Shown here piece after piece: positions 42,601 through 53,300 of a stretch of 64,000 nt of DNA. The number at the start of each line of letters is the position of its first letter. Position 1 is the first letter of the stretch. The notes under the pieces were generated by a model. That model had not been told where the DNA came from. It did not search any database and saw nothing but the letters and a program-made list of their open reading frames with translations. The translations under genes were made by a program, and so were the position numbers. The stretch lies in IMG/VR virus record IMGVR_UViG_3300018004_000004, positions 62,001 to 126,000 of that record. One strand, written 5' to 3'.

Positions 42601-45468
42601 TTGCATTTGGTCACGAATCAACTGATAGTTGTTAGCATAGGCAAAACCCACAAACTGATCCCATAGCTGATTGACCGGTGACTCTAAAGCAGGATCTGCA
42701 GCCAGAGCTGCAGAGACACGGGCATCAATATTCTTGGAGTAGGTTTGAAACAGCTGATAATCCGGCAGCTCGGATAGAGTTGGCCAGTTCTTAATCAGGA
42801 AATAGTCGGAATAGTTTAACTGACCACCATGACTCTTGATTCGATTCGCTATATCTGGGAAGTCTTCGGTGAAGGTATTATCTCTCAGACCTGTTAGGCT
42901 GCTTGGAAACTCATCTAGCAACTTAACCATCAGCAGTTGCTCCTGTTGCTCGAAAGGAGCAGGAGACAGCACATTGTAAGCTTCACTAGAGATAGGAGGA
43001 GGAGCCAGAAAATGCGTAAGCGCTTGCTGCACCGCTGTGCCTAATGCAACACCCCCAATAGCACCTGATACTGCACCTCCGGCTGGTGTTACAGTCGGTG
43101 ATTGCTGAGTTAACCAGTTCCACAAGAACTGATTAGCTTCTGCTCCAGTAGCAGTAGTCCCTGTCACTGAAGAAACAGCGGTCGATACTGTATTTGAGTA
43201 CGTCATCATCTTTGCCAAGTTCACCAAGGCAGTGAGCGATGTATCACCAGAGAAGTCATTGACGATCGTGCCGTCACGCAGGATCTTCAGCCAGATTTGA
43301 GAGAATCCAAAGGGTGTTGTATTCACCTGATATGGATTTGGACCCTCAGCATAATAGACGTTCTCATATTGAATGGCATTGTACTGGGCAGTTACTTCAC
43401 TTGCTGCTTCAGGTATAGTCTCAGTTGTCAGTTCCTTTGTCAACAAGCCGCGAATACCCAGCATGTTAAGGACTTGGTTCTGGACTGCTATCGATTGCAT
43501 ACGATGAATAGAGTTCACACGGCGCCACTCATTGCGCAGGCTCTGGAACTGATCTTCCAGCATCTTAGTCATATTGGATAGCAAGCTGAGTCCAGTATGT
43601 TCCGGTTCCGGATAACTATCAGCTTCTGGGATCTTGGCATTCGACAGCAACCCAACAGATACCAATGTAGACCCAGGACCCAAGTGCTGATAGGTAGGAT
43701 ATTGATATCCAGCCAATGGTATCTGAGAGATGTTATTGACGAACACAACGGAGATCTGCATCGGATAGATAAAGTGTTCTGGATCTATATCTTCGATATC
43801 CGAGCTGGCCGGCTGATCATCATTCTCCTTCGCTGTCATCTTGATGTAGTGTTCTTTGTATAGGAACGCAGCAGACTCAGTAGCATAATCATACGTATAG
43901 TTGTTGTTCAACAGATAGCGAATCTGCGTTGTCATCGGCGGTGGGGTTGTCGCAGTCGGTGGCGGGTTGGTTGAGTTAGAAATGTTTGGAGGTGTGTTTG
44001 TGTTATTACCGCTTACCACTGGAGTGGTATTCGTTGCCGGGTTAGGATTACCAGCAGGCGGTATTGTACCTTCCTGAGGAGTGAAAGCATTTGGATCATT
44101 CGATAGTGTGCGGTAAGTATTCGTAGCCTTCGTGAACCAAGTGTTATCCATACTTGGAGAACCTTGTCCATTATTCACGATGCCTTGTCCAAAACGATGT
44201 GCTTCCCAAGCCGACAGAGCAGAACCATTGTTAGCACGCAGCTTGAGAATAGCCCAACCTGTAGCCATGTCATTCTGAAGCTGGGCTTGTCCACCTGTGA
44301 TAGGCGGGCTCATCATCCAAGAGATATAGGTTGCCAATACAGGATCTGTTGACTGCGGACTTGGAACAGACTTAGAGCCCCAGTTGTATCCATTGTTGGT
44401 ACGAGCAGCAACTAGATAACCACTCTGCACAGCCACAGAAACATAGTGTGTGCCAAGATAAGTATCAGCTGCCTTCATAGCATCAATAGCAGCCGCGCGC
44501 ACCCACTGCAGAAGACCTACTGCAGCCGAAGGCTTGCCGGTATTGGTCACTGTAGACTTGTTGATCGCCGAATAGTTATTATTGGATTCCGGAAAGGCAG
44601 CAGACTTCACCCACCACTGAATAGCAGGATTATGGATATCAGTTGTGTCGATAATGATGTTATCTACGAAGTTTCCAGCGCTGGCTTTCCCCTGCGCAGC
44701 AGTACCTTGTCGAGTGGCTCCAGGATTGGCTGGATTGAGGGCTCCAGATCCGGCCGGCGGAGGATTGAGACCTGTATCGTTAGGCAGTGCACAAGCAGCA
44801 TACTCGCGCGCAGTAAACGTAATACTACCAGGTATTTGTCCCTGCCAGTTCGTGGAGGAGACAGTCATACCTGTATCAGGCTGTTGGGTAGGATCACTAT
44901 TCAGATTCGTCTGGATCCAGTTCAACAAGTAAGCTGTGAAAAGTGGCGAGTTCAGAGCACTGGAAGTAGAGTTGCCTGTCCAATCATCATACTGGAAGTT
45001 CTTGGAGTACGGACGATAGTTGAAGTACGACATCGTCATGGTAACTTGCAGTGTGTCAATCAAATCAGGATTAGTTTCCACACGCATCTGACGCAGAGCA
45101 AAAGCCATAACGTCATCTGCAGTAGCTCCTTGAGTTAGAACTGCAGGGTTCACGATCTGACGGATATGATCGTTCTCTACTTCAACGAAGGGAGCAGCCT
45201 TAAACATAGCCAGGAGCATCTGTACATCAGTCCATGCTGAGTAGTCGGCATTATCATAATCAGCAACGCACTTCCAAGTCCACGTTACATCCCAACGCGA
45301 CTGACCAGTCTTGATAGGAATAGCGAACGGGAAGCGCAGAGGCATAACCTCTTCTCCGTTGATAACCTTGTGGCACTGAATCTGTTCCGGAGGAATGTTC
45401 AGTACAAGGTTACCAATACGGAAGTATCCCGCTTGATTGTCATCTCGAGTTGTGATTATCTGTCCCAT
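39613..45468 (-). CDS. baseplate hub-like protein with lytic transglycosylase (SLT-like) insert
   Basis: LQTGTKVQVRMGFSNNP..L.PVFTGQVTQI and YRGELVLLGNPEIEPFD hub motifs; FPESNNN.SA.N...SAAVGLLQWV SLT motif; C-terminal hydrophobic segment. Confidence 0.8.
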   Translation of the reverse strand: MGQIITTRDDNQAGYFRIGNLVLNIPPEQIQCHKVINGEEVMPLRFPFAIPIKTGQSRWDVTWTWKCVADYDNADYSAWTDVQMLLAMFKAAPFVEVENDHIRQIVNPAVLTQGATADDVMAFALRQMRVETNPDLIDTLQVTMTMSYFNYRPYSKNFQYDDWTGNSTSSALNSPLFTAYLLNWIQTNLNSDPTQQPDTGMTVSSTNWQGQIPGSITFTAREYAACALPNDTGLNPPPAGSGALNPANPGATRQGTAAQGKASAGNFVDNIIIDTTDIHNPAIQWWVKSAAFPESNNNYSAINKSTVTNTGKPSAAVGLLQWVRAAAIDAMKAADTYLGTHYVSVAVQSGYLVAARTNNGYNWGSKSVPSPQSTDPVLATYISWMMSPPITGGQAQLQNDMATGWAILKLRANNGSALSAWEAHRFGQGIVNNGQGSPSMDNTWFTKATNTYRTLSNDPNAFTPQEGTIPPAGNPNPATNTTPVVSGNNTNTPPNISNSTNPPPTATTPPPMTTQIRYLLNNNYTYDYATESAAFLYKEHYIKMTAKENDDQPASSDIEDIDPEHFIYPMQISVVFVNNISQIPLAGYQYPTYQHLGPGSTLVSVGLLSNAKIPEADSYPEPEHTGLSLLSNMTKMLEDQFQSLRNEWRRVNSIHRMQSIAVQNQVLNMLGIRGLLTKELTTETIPEAASEVTAQYNAIQYENVYYAEGPNPYQVNTTPFGFSQIWLKILRDGTIVNDFSGDTSLTALVNLAKMMTYSNTVSTAVSSVTGTTATGAEANQFLWNWLTQQSPTVTPAGGAVSGAIGGVALGTAVQQALTHFLAPPPISSEAYNVLSPAPFEQQEQLLMVKLLDEFPSSLTGLRDNTFTEDFPDIANRIKSHGGQLNYSDYFLIKNWPTLSELPDYQLFQTYSKNIDARVSAALAADPALESPVNQLWDQFVGFAYANNYQLIRDQMQRAQSSPQLKPMFVTTQTITTPGNAQLPGHSCYLDMGLKDVTYVGRDNNPAMYFHDDNADLIASMQKQITSIVSQTMTSVTNFEQVTPNVDTGKLVHTNTASFTGNAQAIISNVKPSSYTMSKAFPTFKLFLMEDNAQKPFYAYDNFYSYATVLDMEIIRYRDRPDTAVIQVSNLLHMLDQHMFDGTPQGRQEARLHAPVTTNIPADQQLVIPAGGVASMDINQPTADAWTLDNRFPQIAAHRPVDTTTSNRQVDNKFPLRYFALQTGTKVQVRMGFSNNPDLLVPVFTGQVTQIEGDEILSIVCQSYMLELVVPAQDEIRKDGFTVDGRINKLTNALVKSVRDFPSNIPSIPGDLLGGIFGNTPAFGGNSTVGGYKIPGLNSPGGTVADVMSAMLSVSTAKHFGRWQLGAPTDHYIKGHNWNTLLGSVLILASSSPLTAGATGLESGYDRSFENILTTHIFGPDGTAIADAKGGARTWWYELPGGYGSPEYYIPKDSIMTPWTYIQDIARRYPEFILAVKQYGFPYTADATLVFANPHDFYSSRTPVPGEVELQQQAASDTIQFNLWWTGGTNSGQAQFRAFCNGVGSQWASSAENQYEYTLNGATEGSEFYTFFIATVGATLQSPNAAADKMIGYINGGGPGVFFNITNIFAQQMASNVSSLGLVIGTSPGKTISPFQGEQGLQQLVQNYYTWLNQQTQPGANLAVNARMKPVRRWHLVNGDNIIHNGINLNENFYNTVRLVNQTLPANEAIPSQYRRMLLADPFIVDKKNIKGDTPYTNAYMQSFLRDELAKAYRGELVLLGNPEIEPFDVLMLLDPSTGISGPVEVDSVIHSFNQETGFITIVRPRAFVVINDKLSMPIHQAVWDMLTRMETQIEGWTIHNPLINSSNLPVVEAELGILALIGAAAISPWIAVPAALAGGAAIFWTGKIVNRLNPMGIAPLTRFQRPWISGLEGWKVDDVLGTLQTKWQYFKEDEIEPLMFSFRQARNMGLI

Positions 45469-48400
45469 TAGGATTCCAGTTGTTCTCGAATCGTCTCACG
45501 ACGGCGGAGAGTACTCATCTTGTTTCTCCATCCGTTGCGATAGTTCACATTGATATTTGATACACCATTATTGCCAGAGATCTGACTAATCATACGTTGC
45601 ATTTCAATCGTATCCTGGCGATTCTGAGCCTTCATTCTTACTTCCAGATCTGTACGCTGGCGCATTGGCGCCACGATCGTTGTAGATGTACCACCGCGCA
45701 GAGGAAGCTGACGACGAGGTGGGTTAACAGAAGACATAGCACCGGTTATTGGCTCGCCCGGGACCTGATCTGTTACAGTCTCAGTAGTTTCTGGTCTGAA
45801 GTTCCCACGCGGCCGACCGAAAGTAGCCTGCGTCGGAGTAACCTTCTTGACATGGCTGGTAAGAACTGCTCCTACAGCCGCGGCTCCGACTCCAATAGCC
45901 AGAACACCTAGGTTACCTTTGGACTCTCTGTAAGTACTCTTGAGACCCTCATTGATGGCGCCGAGGACTTTGGAAACAGACATCCCCGAGCCTTTCTCGC
46001 GCGCCAGGCCAATCAGCCAAGGAGGAGGCGTACCCATCTCCTTGTACAAGGCCTGCAGACGATAGAGGGAATCACCCTCCATATCCGTAGTTGCCTTAGT
46101 CAGAAGTTCGGCAGCACGATCTGCCCTAACATTACGCCCTATGATAAACTCGGAGAGTGTTCCTTGGAACTTCTCGGAGTCCAGCACGTCCATCAAAACA
46201 TTCCGCTTGGTGCCGGGAGCTACCCTCATCCCAGTAAGCTCTTCAAACAAAGGAGCGGTCTCTGCAGTAATGATCGATTCCTTACCGTAGCCAGAGATAA
46301 CTTCCCTCATACCCTCGGTGAACTTAGCTACACCTTCCGGCGTGCGAGATTCCAAGCCACCTACCAATCTTCTGTACAATCCCAGAGGATCCTCAGGATT
46401 CAACTTCATCTTGCCCTTCTGGGCAGAGATAGGTACCTGACGGATCGTCCACAGCATGTGACCGAGGATATCTCTTTCCATCGGCTTCACACCGATTGTA
46501 GGATGCATCTCGACGTTCATGTACAAGCGAGTCAGTAAGTTAGAGTACGCACCAACCACACCACCAGCCATACGCTGTGTGACTTGTTCTGCTCTTCCAC
46601 CTGCACTAGCCAACTTAAGACTTTCTTCAAGCATAGAAGGCAGAGTCTTCACACCAGCTTCTGCGATGTTACGTGAGTCTTCAACGCTCCCGTACAGCAT
46701 CTCAAGAGTCTTCAGGCTTCTCCACTGGTTGCTATTCAGAGCATTGATAGCAGCCTGGGCTTCACGTTCGGCTTGAGAACCCTTGCGATAGAAGAACAGA
46801 TTCAGGATATCCTTATCGTCATCGGCGCCGAACAAGCCACGGATGCGCTCATCCATACCGACCATGTTAGGACCCATGCCAGCATCAGGAGCCACCTTCA
46901 CACGCATGTAAGGAGCTGACTGAATAGGGTGACGAGCAGCCGTAGCGTAGATATCTTCTCCGGCGAGTAATGCTTTACGGATCTCTGGGTCGCGGACTCG
47001 GCCGGCCATCTGCTCATTGATAAGGAGTTCAAATGGGTTTTCCTGGGCGCGCGTCTGAATGAAACCAGACACAGCTCCCAAGACATCTGTACCACGGGCA
47101 CGGTAGAATCCTTCCTTCCCGAACAGTACACGCTGGGCTTCATCAAGGTGAGCGGAGATCGCCGCGGACATCATAACGGGATCCTTCTGCCACTTGACTA
47201 CGTCCGCCAGCGTCTTTTCATAATCCGTGGGGCTATAAGTAAGACCCTCACCAACCTTTTCATAGAGGTTGCTACCACCGCCGTGTGCCAACTTACCAAG
47301 GACAGGAATGTGAGTAACTTCAAGGTCACGTCCAGCCACACGTGCGTACACCGGCTGATCAAGTTTGATAGAAAAGTTCTCTTGGACGAGCTTATTTGAG
47401 GGATCAAAGATACCTCCAACTCGGCCTTCCATCGTGCCTATTCTGAGATTGGCTGCAGCCTCCTCTATGGGGATAACAGTCCCCAGAGACTTGGTGAAGT
47501 CACCACCTACGAACTGGGCAGCAAAAGCAGAAGCTCTTCCCGGATCGCCACCATGGAAATCCAAGCGGCTCATCAACTCCTTCATACCTTCCACATTACC
47601 AGCTCTCCACATCTCGGAGAACATATCGTATGTGGCGCCGACCATCTGAGGTACATTACGGCGAGTGCTATCCCAGAACGCCGCAAAGGAGAACATGGCG
47701 TTCTTCTGCATGTAGTTCATCAGACTTTCTTCACCGCTACGTCTGAAGGCAGAGAAGAGCTCACCCTCGGTCCCAGGAGCACCACGCTGAGCAAAGCCAG
47801 CAACATCACGCAGGTAGTCTTCTGTAAGTTGACCCACCGACTGCATACGGAGTCGACGGCCCTCCAGATCCAGGCTGCGTACGTATTCCGAATCTTCGAG
47901 CAGATGGAAGACGTTATTTCCAGTACCAGTACGCTGCGCGCGAATACCCTGAGCAGCAAGATCAGCCATGTACTTATTGACACGATCCAATGCTTCCAGG
48001 TTTGCCCAGTCAGCCTTTAGATGCACACTGTTAGCAGCAATATCGCTAGACACAGCAGCTGCTTGCGATACCATAAGGCGGAAAGGATCGCTAGTCTTAG
48101 CTTGCATGTAGTGTAGCGGAGCTAGAGCTTCCACAAAGCTAGGGATAGCAGTCTTAGATCCAGTAGCTTCACCGTATAGATTCAGCAGCTCGACCTGGCG
48201 ACGGAAGATGTCTTCCTCGGGTACGATAGCCAGACCCTTCACGCCAGCGATGTCAATCTTGGCTCCTGTCTCTACTGGATACTCTTGACGCAGCTTGAGC
48301 TCGAACTGGCCGCTAGGTGTAGTGGACCAGCCTTCTATGAATGTAGAAGGAGCTTCCGACGTGACAGGATTCAAACCCTCAAATCCGATTAGTGTCTCTG

Positions 48401-50237
48401 GGCTAAGGGACTTTTTGATGTAATCCTCGGGGTTGAGATGAAGCTTGTCGACGTAGACGTTCTTACGCGACTCCATCTTCAGCCGGCGGAACTTCTCGTG
48501 AAGGATAATATCACCTTCACCCAACCCACCCAAGCCACGGCCGGCTTCTAGATAGCCCTTCTCGCCGAGCTTACCACTGATCTTACCCCAAGCAGCCTCT
48601 GCCTGGGCGCGTGTCATCTTTGGATTGTCGGCCAGTATGCGTTGGATAGCAGTCTCTTTATAGCCAGCCAATCCTTCTGCTGTTTTCGGCAAGTCGCCGA
48701 ACAGCGACTTCTGTTGTGGCGACACACCAGCCACGGACATCTGTATTTCCGGAACACCTCCGATGGATTCAACCGCGGAAGTTGTAAAGCTTGGACGGAA
48801 CTCCTCACCAATGGTCTCAGCTTTCAGCTGCAAGTCCTTGGTGAAGGATCTATAGAAATACGTTTGCTTAGCGAGCGAAGGCGCACCTCCCGGGATGTAG
48901 AGTTCCGATTCAGCGAACTCGAACACACCTTTCGATGTGCCTCCCTCAGAACCAATGCGAGTCATACCACGACCCAGCATCTTGATAGTGTACTGGATCC
49001 GTTCCAGGTCTGACAGATCCTCAAATGCCTTGCCTCCATAAATAGGCAAGCTGCTAGGAATAGCAGCGCGAGAACGGATATACAGAGCTTGTGGAGAAAG
49101 GTTAGCAAGCTGGGATTCAAGACGTGTTTGAAGCTTGAATGGATCTTCGGGGACCACGCCGCCGAAATAAGCAGCACGACCAATATCACCTTTCAGCTTT
49201 CCCCAATCCTGAGTCAGGTGTTCAGCAACGAATGTATCCAGTTCGAATACTCGTTCTGGCGTGTGAATGTGGCGCCCGACTCCAACCTTGCCTTCAATGT
49301 TGACGGATCCTGTCTTGGGATCAAACAGAGGGATATGAAGCTCGCCCTTTGGACCCTTGATGTTGACACCCAGCATACGGCCGACAGTTCCATCTGCCAC
49401 CTGCTCGGCAACGACCGTAGCAGAGGACACCTGTCCCTGACGGATCGCGCGCTGAATAGCATCAGCTACTTCTGGACGCTGACCGTGCAACTGACCATAA
49501 GCTTCCAGCCACTCCATACTAGTAGTCTTACCAGTCATGCTCATCTTGAGTGGATTGGCAAACGGACCGAGATCCTTGAGCTTCTTGGCCCAGCCAAGAC
49601 GGCTACTCAGCTCCTTGACGAAGCGGGGATCAGCTCTATTGGCGTTGACGATACCACGGAGCTCTGACTCTGCCATGCCGGCCAGAGGACCTCCGCGCGC
49701 AACTCTAGTAAGATCTAGCGGAGAAGCTACCCGCTGTCTGGCGCCTTCCACAGCATAGGTAAGCAGATCACGCTTGTTAGACATGCCCAGAAGCTCATGA
49801 AAGAGGTTCTCCGCCTGCTCCATGCTCTTCTCGATCGGTGGCCCACCGCGGTCAACCTGGCTGAAGAAATCTACGGCCGCATTGTCGGCCCAGGTACGGA
49901 AGATGGGATTGAGAGCTCCTGCACCCCCACCTGTCTTTTCCAGAGCTGAACGTAAGTCCTTGAATCTAGTAGCTTTATTGCTACCAAAAAACATAGGCAT
50001 CTCACGTGCGAACTGCATGCCAGCTCGAGCTGTACGGGAGGCAGATGTTACCAAGCCCGGGCCGGCAAGACCCATAGCCGCTACAATAGGGGTAGTTATG
50101 ACGGCAGTCCGGAAGTAACCGCGGTTCTCATCCTTAAGGAAAATAGGGGCCGTAGCCGAGGCAAAGGCAGTGGCAAAGGCCACACCTGGATGTTCAGTTG
50201 CAAGGCTTTTAACGGCTTTTAGGAACCCGGTAAACAT
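45468..50237 (-). CDS. candidate single-chain two-barrel (DPBB) virion RNA polymerase at the tape-measure position
   Basis: Beta-like GAKIDIAGVKG, then beta'-like ARHP...GLFGADDDKDILNL (DxDxD); hydrophobic termini. Confidence 0.72.
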   Translation of the reverse strand: MFTGFLKAVKSLATEHPGVAFATAFASATAPIFLKDENRGYFRTAVITTPIVAAMGLAGPGLVTSASRTARAGMQFAREMPMFFGSNKATRFKDLRSALEKTGGGAGALNPIFRTWADNAAVDFFSQVDRGGPPIEKSMEQAENLFHELLGMSNKRDLLTYAVEGARQRVASPLDLTRVARGGPLAGMAESELRGIVNANRADPRFVKELSSRLGWAKKLKDLGPFANPLKMSMTGKTTSMEWLEAYGQLHGQRPEVADAIQRAIRQGQVSSATVVAEQVADGTVGRMLGVNIKGPKGELHIPLFDPKTGSVNIEGKVGVGRHIHTPERVFELDTFVAEHLTQDWGKLKGDIGRAAYFGGVVPEDPFKLQTRLESQLANLSPQALYIRSRAAIPSSLPIYGGKAFEDLSDLERIQYTIKMLGRGMTRIGSEGGTSKGVFEFAESELYIPGGAPSLAKQTYFYRSFTKDLQLKAETIGEEFRPSFTTSAVESIGGVPEIQMSVAGVSPQQKSLFGDLPKTAEGLAGYKETAIQRILADNPKMTRAQAEAAWGKISGKLGEKGYLEAGRGLGGLGEGDIILHEKFRRLKMESRKNVYVDKLHLNPEDYIKKSLSPETLIGFEGLNPVTSEAPSTFIEGWSTTPSGQFELKLRQEYPVETGAKIDIAGVKGLAIVPEEDIFRRQVELLNLYGEATGSKTAIPSFVEALAPLHYMQAKTSDPFRLMVSQAAAVSSDIAANSVHLKADWANLEALDRVNKYMADLAAQGIRAQRTGTGNNVFHLLEDSEYVRSLDLEGRRLRMQSVGQLTEDYLRDVAGFAQRGAPGTEGELFSAFRRSGEESLMNYMQKNAMFSFAAFWDSTRRNVPQMVGATYDMFSEMWRAGNVEGMKELMSRLDFHGGDPGRASAFAAQFVGGDFTKSLGTVIPIEEAAANLRIGTMEGRVGGIFDPSNKLVQENFSIKLDQPVYARVAGRDLEVTHIPVLGKLAHGGGSNLYEKVGEGLTYSPTDYEKTLADVVKWQKDPVMMSAAISAHLDEAQRVLFGKEGFYRARGTDVLGAVSGFIQTRAQENPFELLINEQMAGRVRDPEIRKALLAGEDIYATAARHPIQSAPYMRVKVAPDAGMGPNMVGMDERIRGLFGADDDKDILNLFFYRKGSQAEREAQAAINALNSNQWRSLKTLEMLYGSVEDSRNIAEAGVKTLPSMLEESLKLASAGGRAEQVTQRMAGGVVGAYSNLLTRLYMNVEMHPTIGVKPMERDILGHMLWTIRQVPISAQKGKMKLNPEDPLGLYRRLVGGLESRTPEGVAKFTEGMREVISGYGKESIITAETAPLFEELTGMRVAPGTKRNVLMDVLDSEKFQGTLSEFIIGRNVRADRAAELLTKATTDMEGDSLYRLQALYKEMGTPPPWLIGLAREKGSGMSVSKVLGAINEGLKSTYRESKGNLGVLAIGVGAAAVGAVLTSHVKKVTPTQATFGRPRGNFRPETTETVTDQVPGEPITGAMSSVNPPRRQLPLRGGTSTTIVAPMRQRTDLEVRMKAQNRQDTIEMQRMISQISGNNGVSNINVNYRNGWRNKMSTLRRRETIREQLES

Positions 50238-50274
50238 ATTCGGCTTATCTCACTGATTTAATGGCTCTAATCGA

Positions 50275-50306
50275 CTCCTAGGGCCCTTTACGGGGCATTC
50301 TAGGAG
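50275..50306. other. intergenic hairpin between the two giant genes
   Basis: CTCCTAG/CTAGGAG with inner GCCCT/GGGGC. Confidence 0.45.
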
Positions 50307-50307
50307 C

Positions 50308-53300
50308 TTAGCTGGTGCTCTCTTCCCGGTACTCGTCCTCATTCCGGCGAATATCCCGCATAACCTCTTTGTCTCCCTGTTCGTCGACGCTTATAGACAC
50401 GTTGGAGCCTGCCACTCGGTTAGGACCGCCCGAGGAGACCACTTGCGGATTCTTATCTTGTCCCTCGAGGATAATACGCTCCACAGTTTGTCGTATGCGT
50501 TCTGTAGGTTGTGAACCGCTAGAAACAAGTTCTCGCACAGCTCCATCGATGTAGGGCTTGCGCCAGAGGAGGGCTGCCCGGTCGTCGTAGATGTTGAAGT
50601 CGTGGTAATCATAGCCTTCGTTCTGAATAATCTTAAGCTTGACATCCTCATAGTCAATGCCTTGCTCCCATAGCGGAGAACCAGGACCGGGGATATCAAA
50701 GCCGAGCTTGCCAAAGGTTTCGGCGATTTGCTTCGAACGGATGTAGTCTGCGTAGCTGAGGTCTGTTTTCGCTTGCTCATACTCTTTGAGGCCTTCCTCT
50801 GTGTAGAGGACTCCGCCTTCTTCAATGGCTGGTATTATCTTGCCCGCGAGGCGAGCAAGCATAGCATCAGTTTTTACCCACTGAGCAGTAAGGGCTCGGG
50901 CTAGTTCCGGAGAGACAGATTCAAGAATCTGCTGGCGCTTGTCCGGATCTGTTTCTTGGAGGAATGCTGGGAAGTAAAGCTTCTCGCGCCGAGGGAGGGT
51001 TTGAGAGACAAACTGAGGATTGCCAAAGAGATTGGCACCAATATTCGTTCTCTTACCCTGACTAGTATACCTGCCTTTCTGGCCTGGATGCGCTCCTGCC
51101 TGCACATCTGCACGCAGATATTCCAACTCATCGACCAAGCTATCCATTAGACGGCGATGTTCGACTTCTTCCGGCACCAATACACCGCCAGTGAAACGAC
51201 GGTAGGTACCGCGGGCCCATGCAGCAATCATATCATGGAACGGCTTCTGCCATCTACGCATGCGCGCGCCGTAGACTTCCTGTTCCTGATAGAGAGACAA
51301 AGCTGTGCGCTCATTCCAGTACTTTGTGTGGAATGGAGTTGGTACGAAGCGGAGAGGTCCACCCTCACCTGTGAAGGCCAGAGTCTCGGCGTACTTACCG
51401 AGAGCTACCTGGGTGGAGGAATACATGGCCTGAGCTTCTGCCCCGCCGTAATCCTTTCTGAACTGTCCGAGACCTCGATCGATGATTTCTTTGTTGATAT
51501 TAACATCATCAATGAAGATGACAGCACGAGACTCAGCCGCATGCTCTTCAGTACCCTTAGGCACAACAAGAGTAGCCTGCATGCCAACCTGGCTAGACAA
51601 GTAATCATCCAGAGAAGCTTGTTTCTCCGTAACGGCCTTAGCACTCTGAGAGCGAGTAAGTTCATTCTCCTCGCCGAGTGTTGTAGCTGAGAGATCGGAA
51701 GCAGACATACCAAGAGAACTGAATATGAACTTGCGTCCTGGATACTGCTCCAGCTCAATACCTTCTGGTGTAGCCTTGGTGATCGTTCCTTGGATCTGTT
51801 CGATCGAAGCAGTGAAACGACGCTGACCGAACTGGATCGTCGATTCCTTCATCTGGCGCACTTGATCTTCAGTGCGTGCAAACTCGATCTCCAGACGAGC
51901 ATCTCTCTGTGCGGCCGCGCGCACCTTGGAGCGATAGATCATGTACTCCTTACTCCAAGGAGCAACATCAGCCAGAATCTTGTAACGATAGATGTCTGGG
52001 TATTCTTCTGCCTTCAAGCCACGAAGCTCTGGATGCAGAGCAGCATAACCACGGCCTGGAAGACGAGCACCACCTTCCGGTATCTTGGCGAACGGATCGC
52101 CAGTACGGAAGTTGATCATGTAATCTTCGCCAGGCAGCCAACGAGGCATTGTATTCGGGATCTCATTAGCTTGCGGAGCTAGCTTATCAGGCTGAATGAA
52201 ACGGCGGAGAGGTTCTGAATAACCGAACGGCATGCCACCAGTTCCGCTAGGGTTGAAGCCAGACACAGCACCCAACTCACGCTGGTAGTACTGACGGGAC
52301 AGATTCGTCATTTGACGACTGCCCTGCAATACAACATCTTGACCCGGTGTTCCGGCGCCAGGAGTTCCAGCCTTACCATAAAGGGTTGTAGCTATGAACC
52401 CAGGCAGACCTGTATATTCAGCAAAGGCCAGCGCTTCACGACCGACAACATCCTTGAAGCCAAACTCCTCACGAGGCCGAGATGGCGCCAGGCCACCCAA
52501 CGCCATGTTAGGTTCTAGACGCGGGCTATACAACGTATAGTTGTTGATGTCCCATTCGCCTTGGTGCATTCTCTGTGTTGGCTTTACGATGCGGCCGACT
52601 GTGGCAGCCAGCAGCGGACCAATGAGAGGCACGTTGGAGAAAGCAGGAGATGTGATTGGGTATGGACGGCTAGCGTAGTTCGCGCGTTCCAGCCAGTATG
52701 GATCCTTTATGTACTTGAACGGATGCAGCAGTGGGTGATGTTCCCAGTATGCATCTTCCGAACCATAGGTCGATACCATCTCGGCCTTGGTCTTCATCAA
52801 CTGATACCAGTGCGGACGGAAGTACTTGATGCGACCGCCACTGAACGGAGTGGAACCTACATCCCACCAACGGCCGGCGCGGATTGGAACTTCTTCTTCA
52901 CCAGAGTAGATGCGTTGCAGCTCATCTTCAGTCTTACGGCTGCCCAACATACCAGGCACGAAAGGCAGAGCCAGCAAAGCACCGATACCTGCACCCTTCC
53001 AGAAGGCCTTGTGAGAAGCAGCTACTCGAGCAGCGTGGACTGGGAACTCTTGGGCGCCACGAGCAATGTTGACCCAGTGAATACCTGCACCAATAGCACC
53101 AGCTCCGATAGGCAGAGCTAACGGACCATACTGCGGACCTGGTACGATCTCTTCGTACTTATCTGTGATCGCACGGAGGCCTGGGATTGCGTCGGTTGCG
53201 CGCGCCCAGGCAAGATGAGCCTTAAGCGGAACCTCGGCGAGCGTCTCAGCTGGTTTATTTCCCAGCTGGTAGTTGATGTAACGTGCGGCCGTGATAGCAA

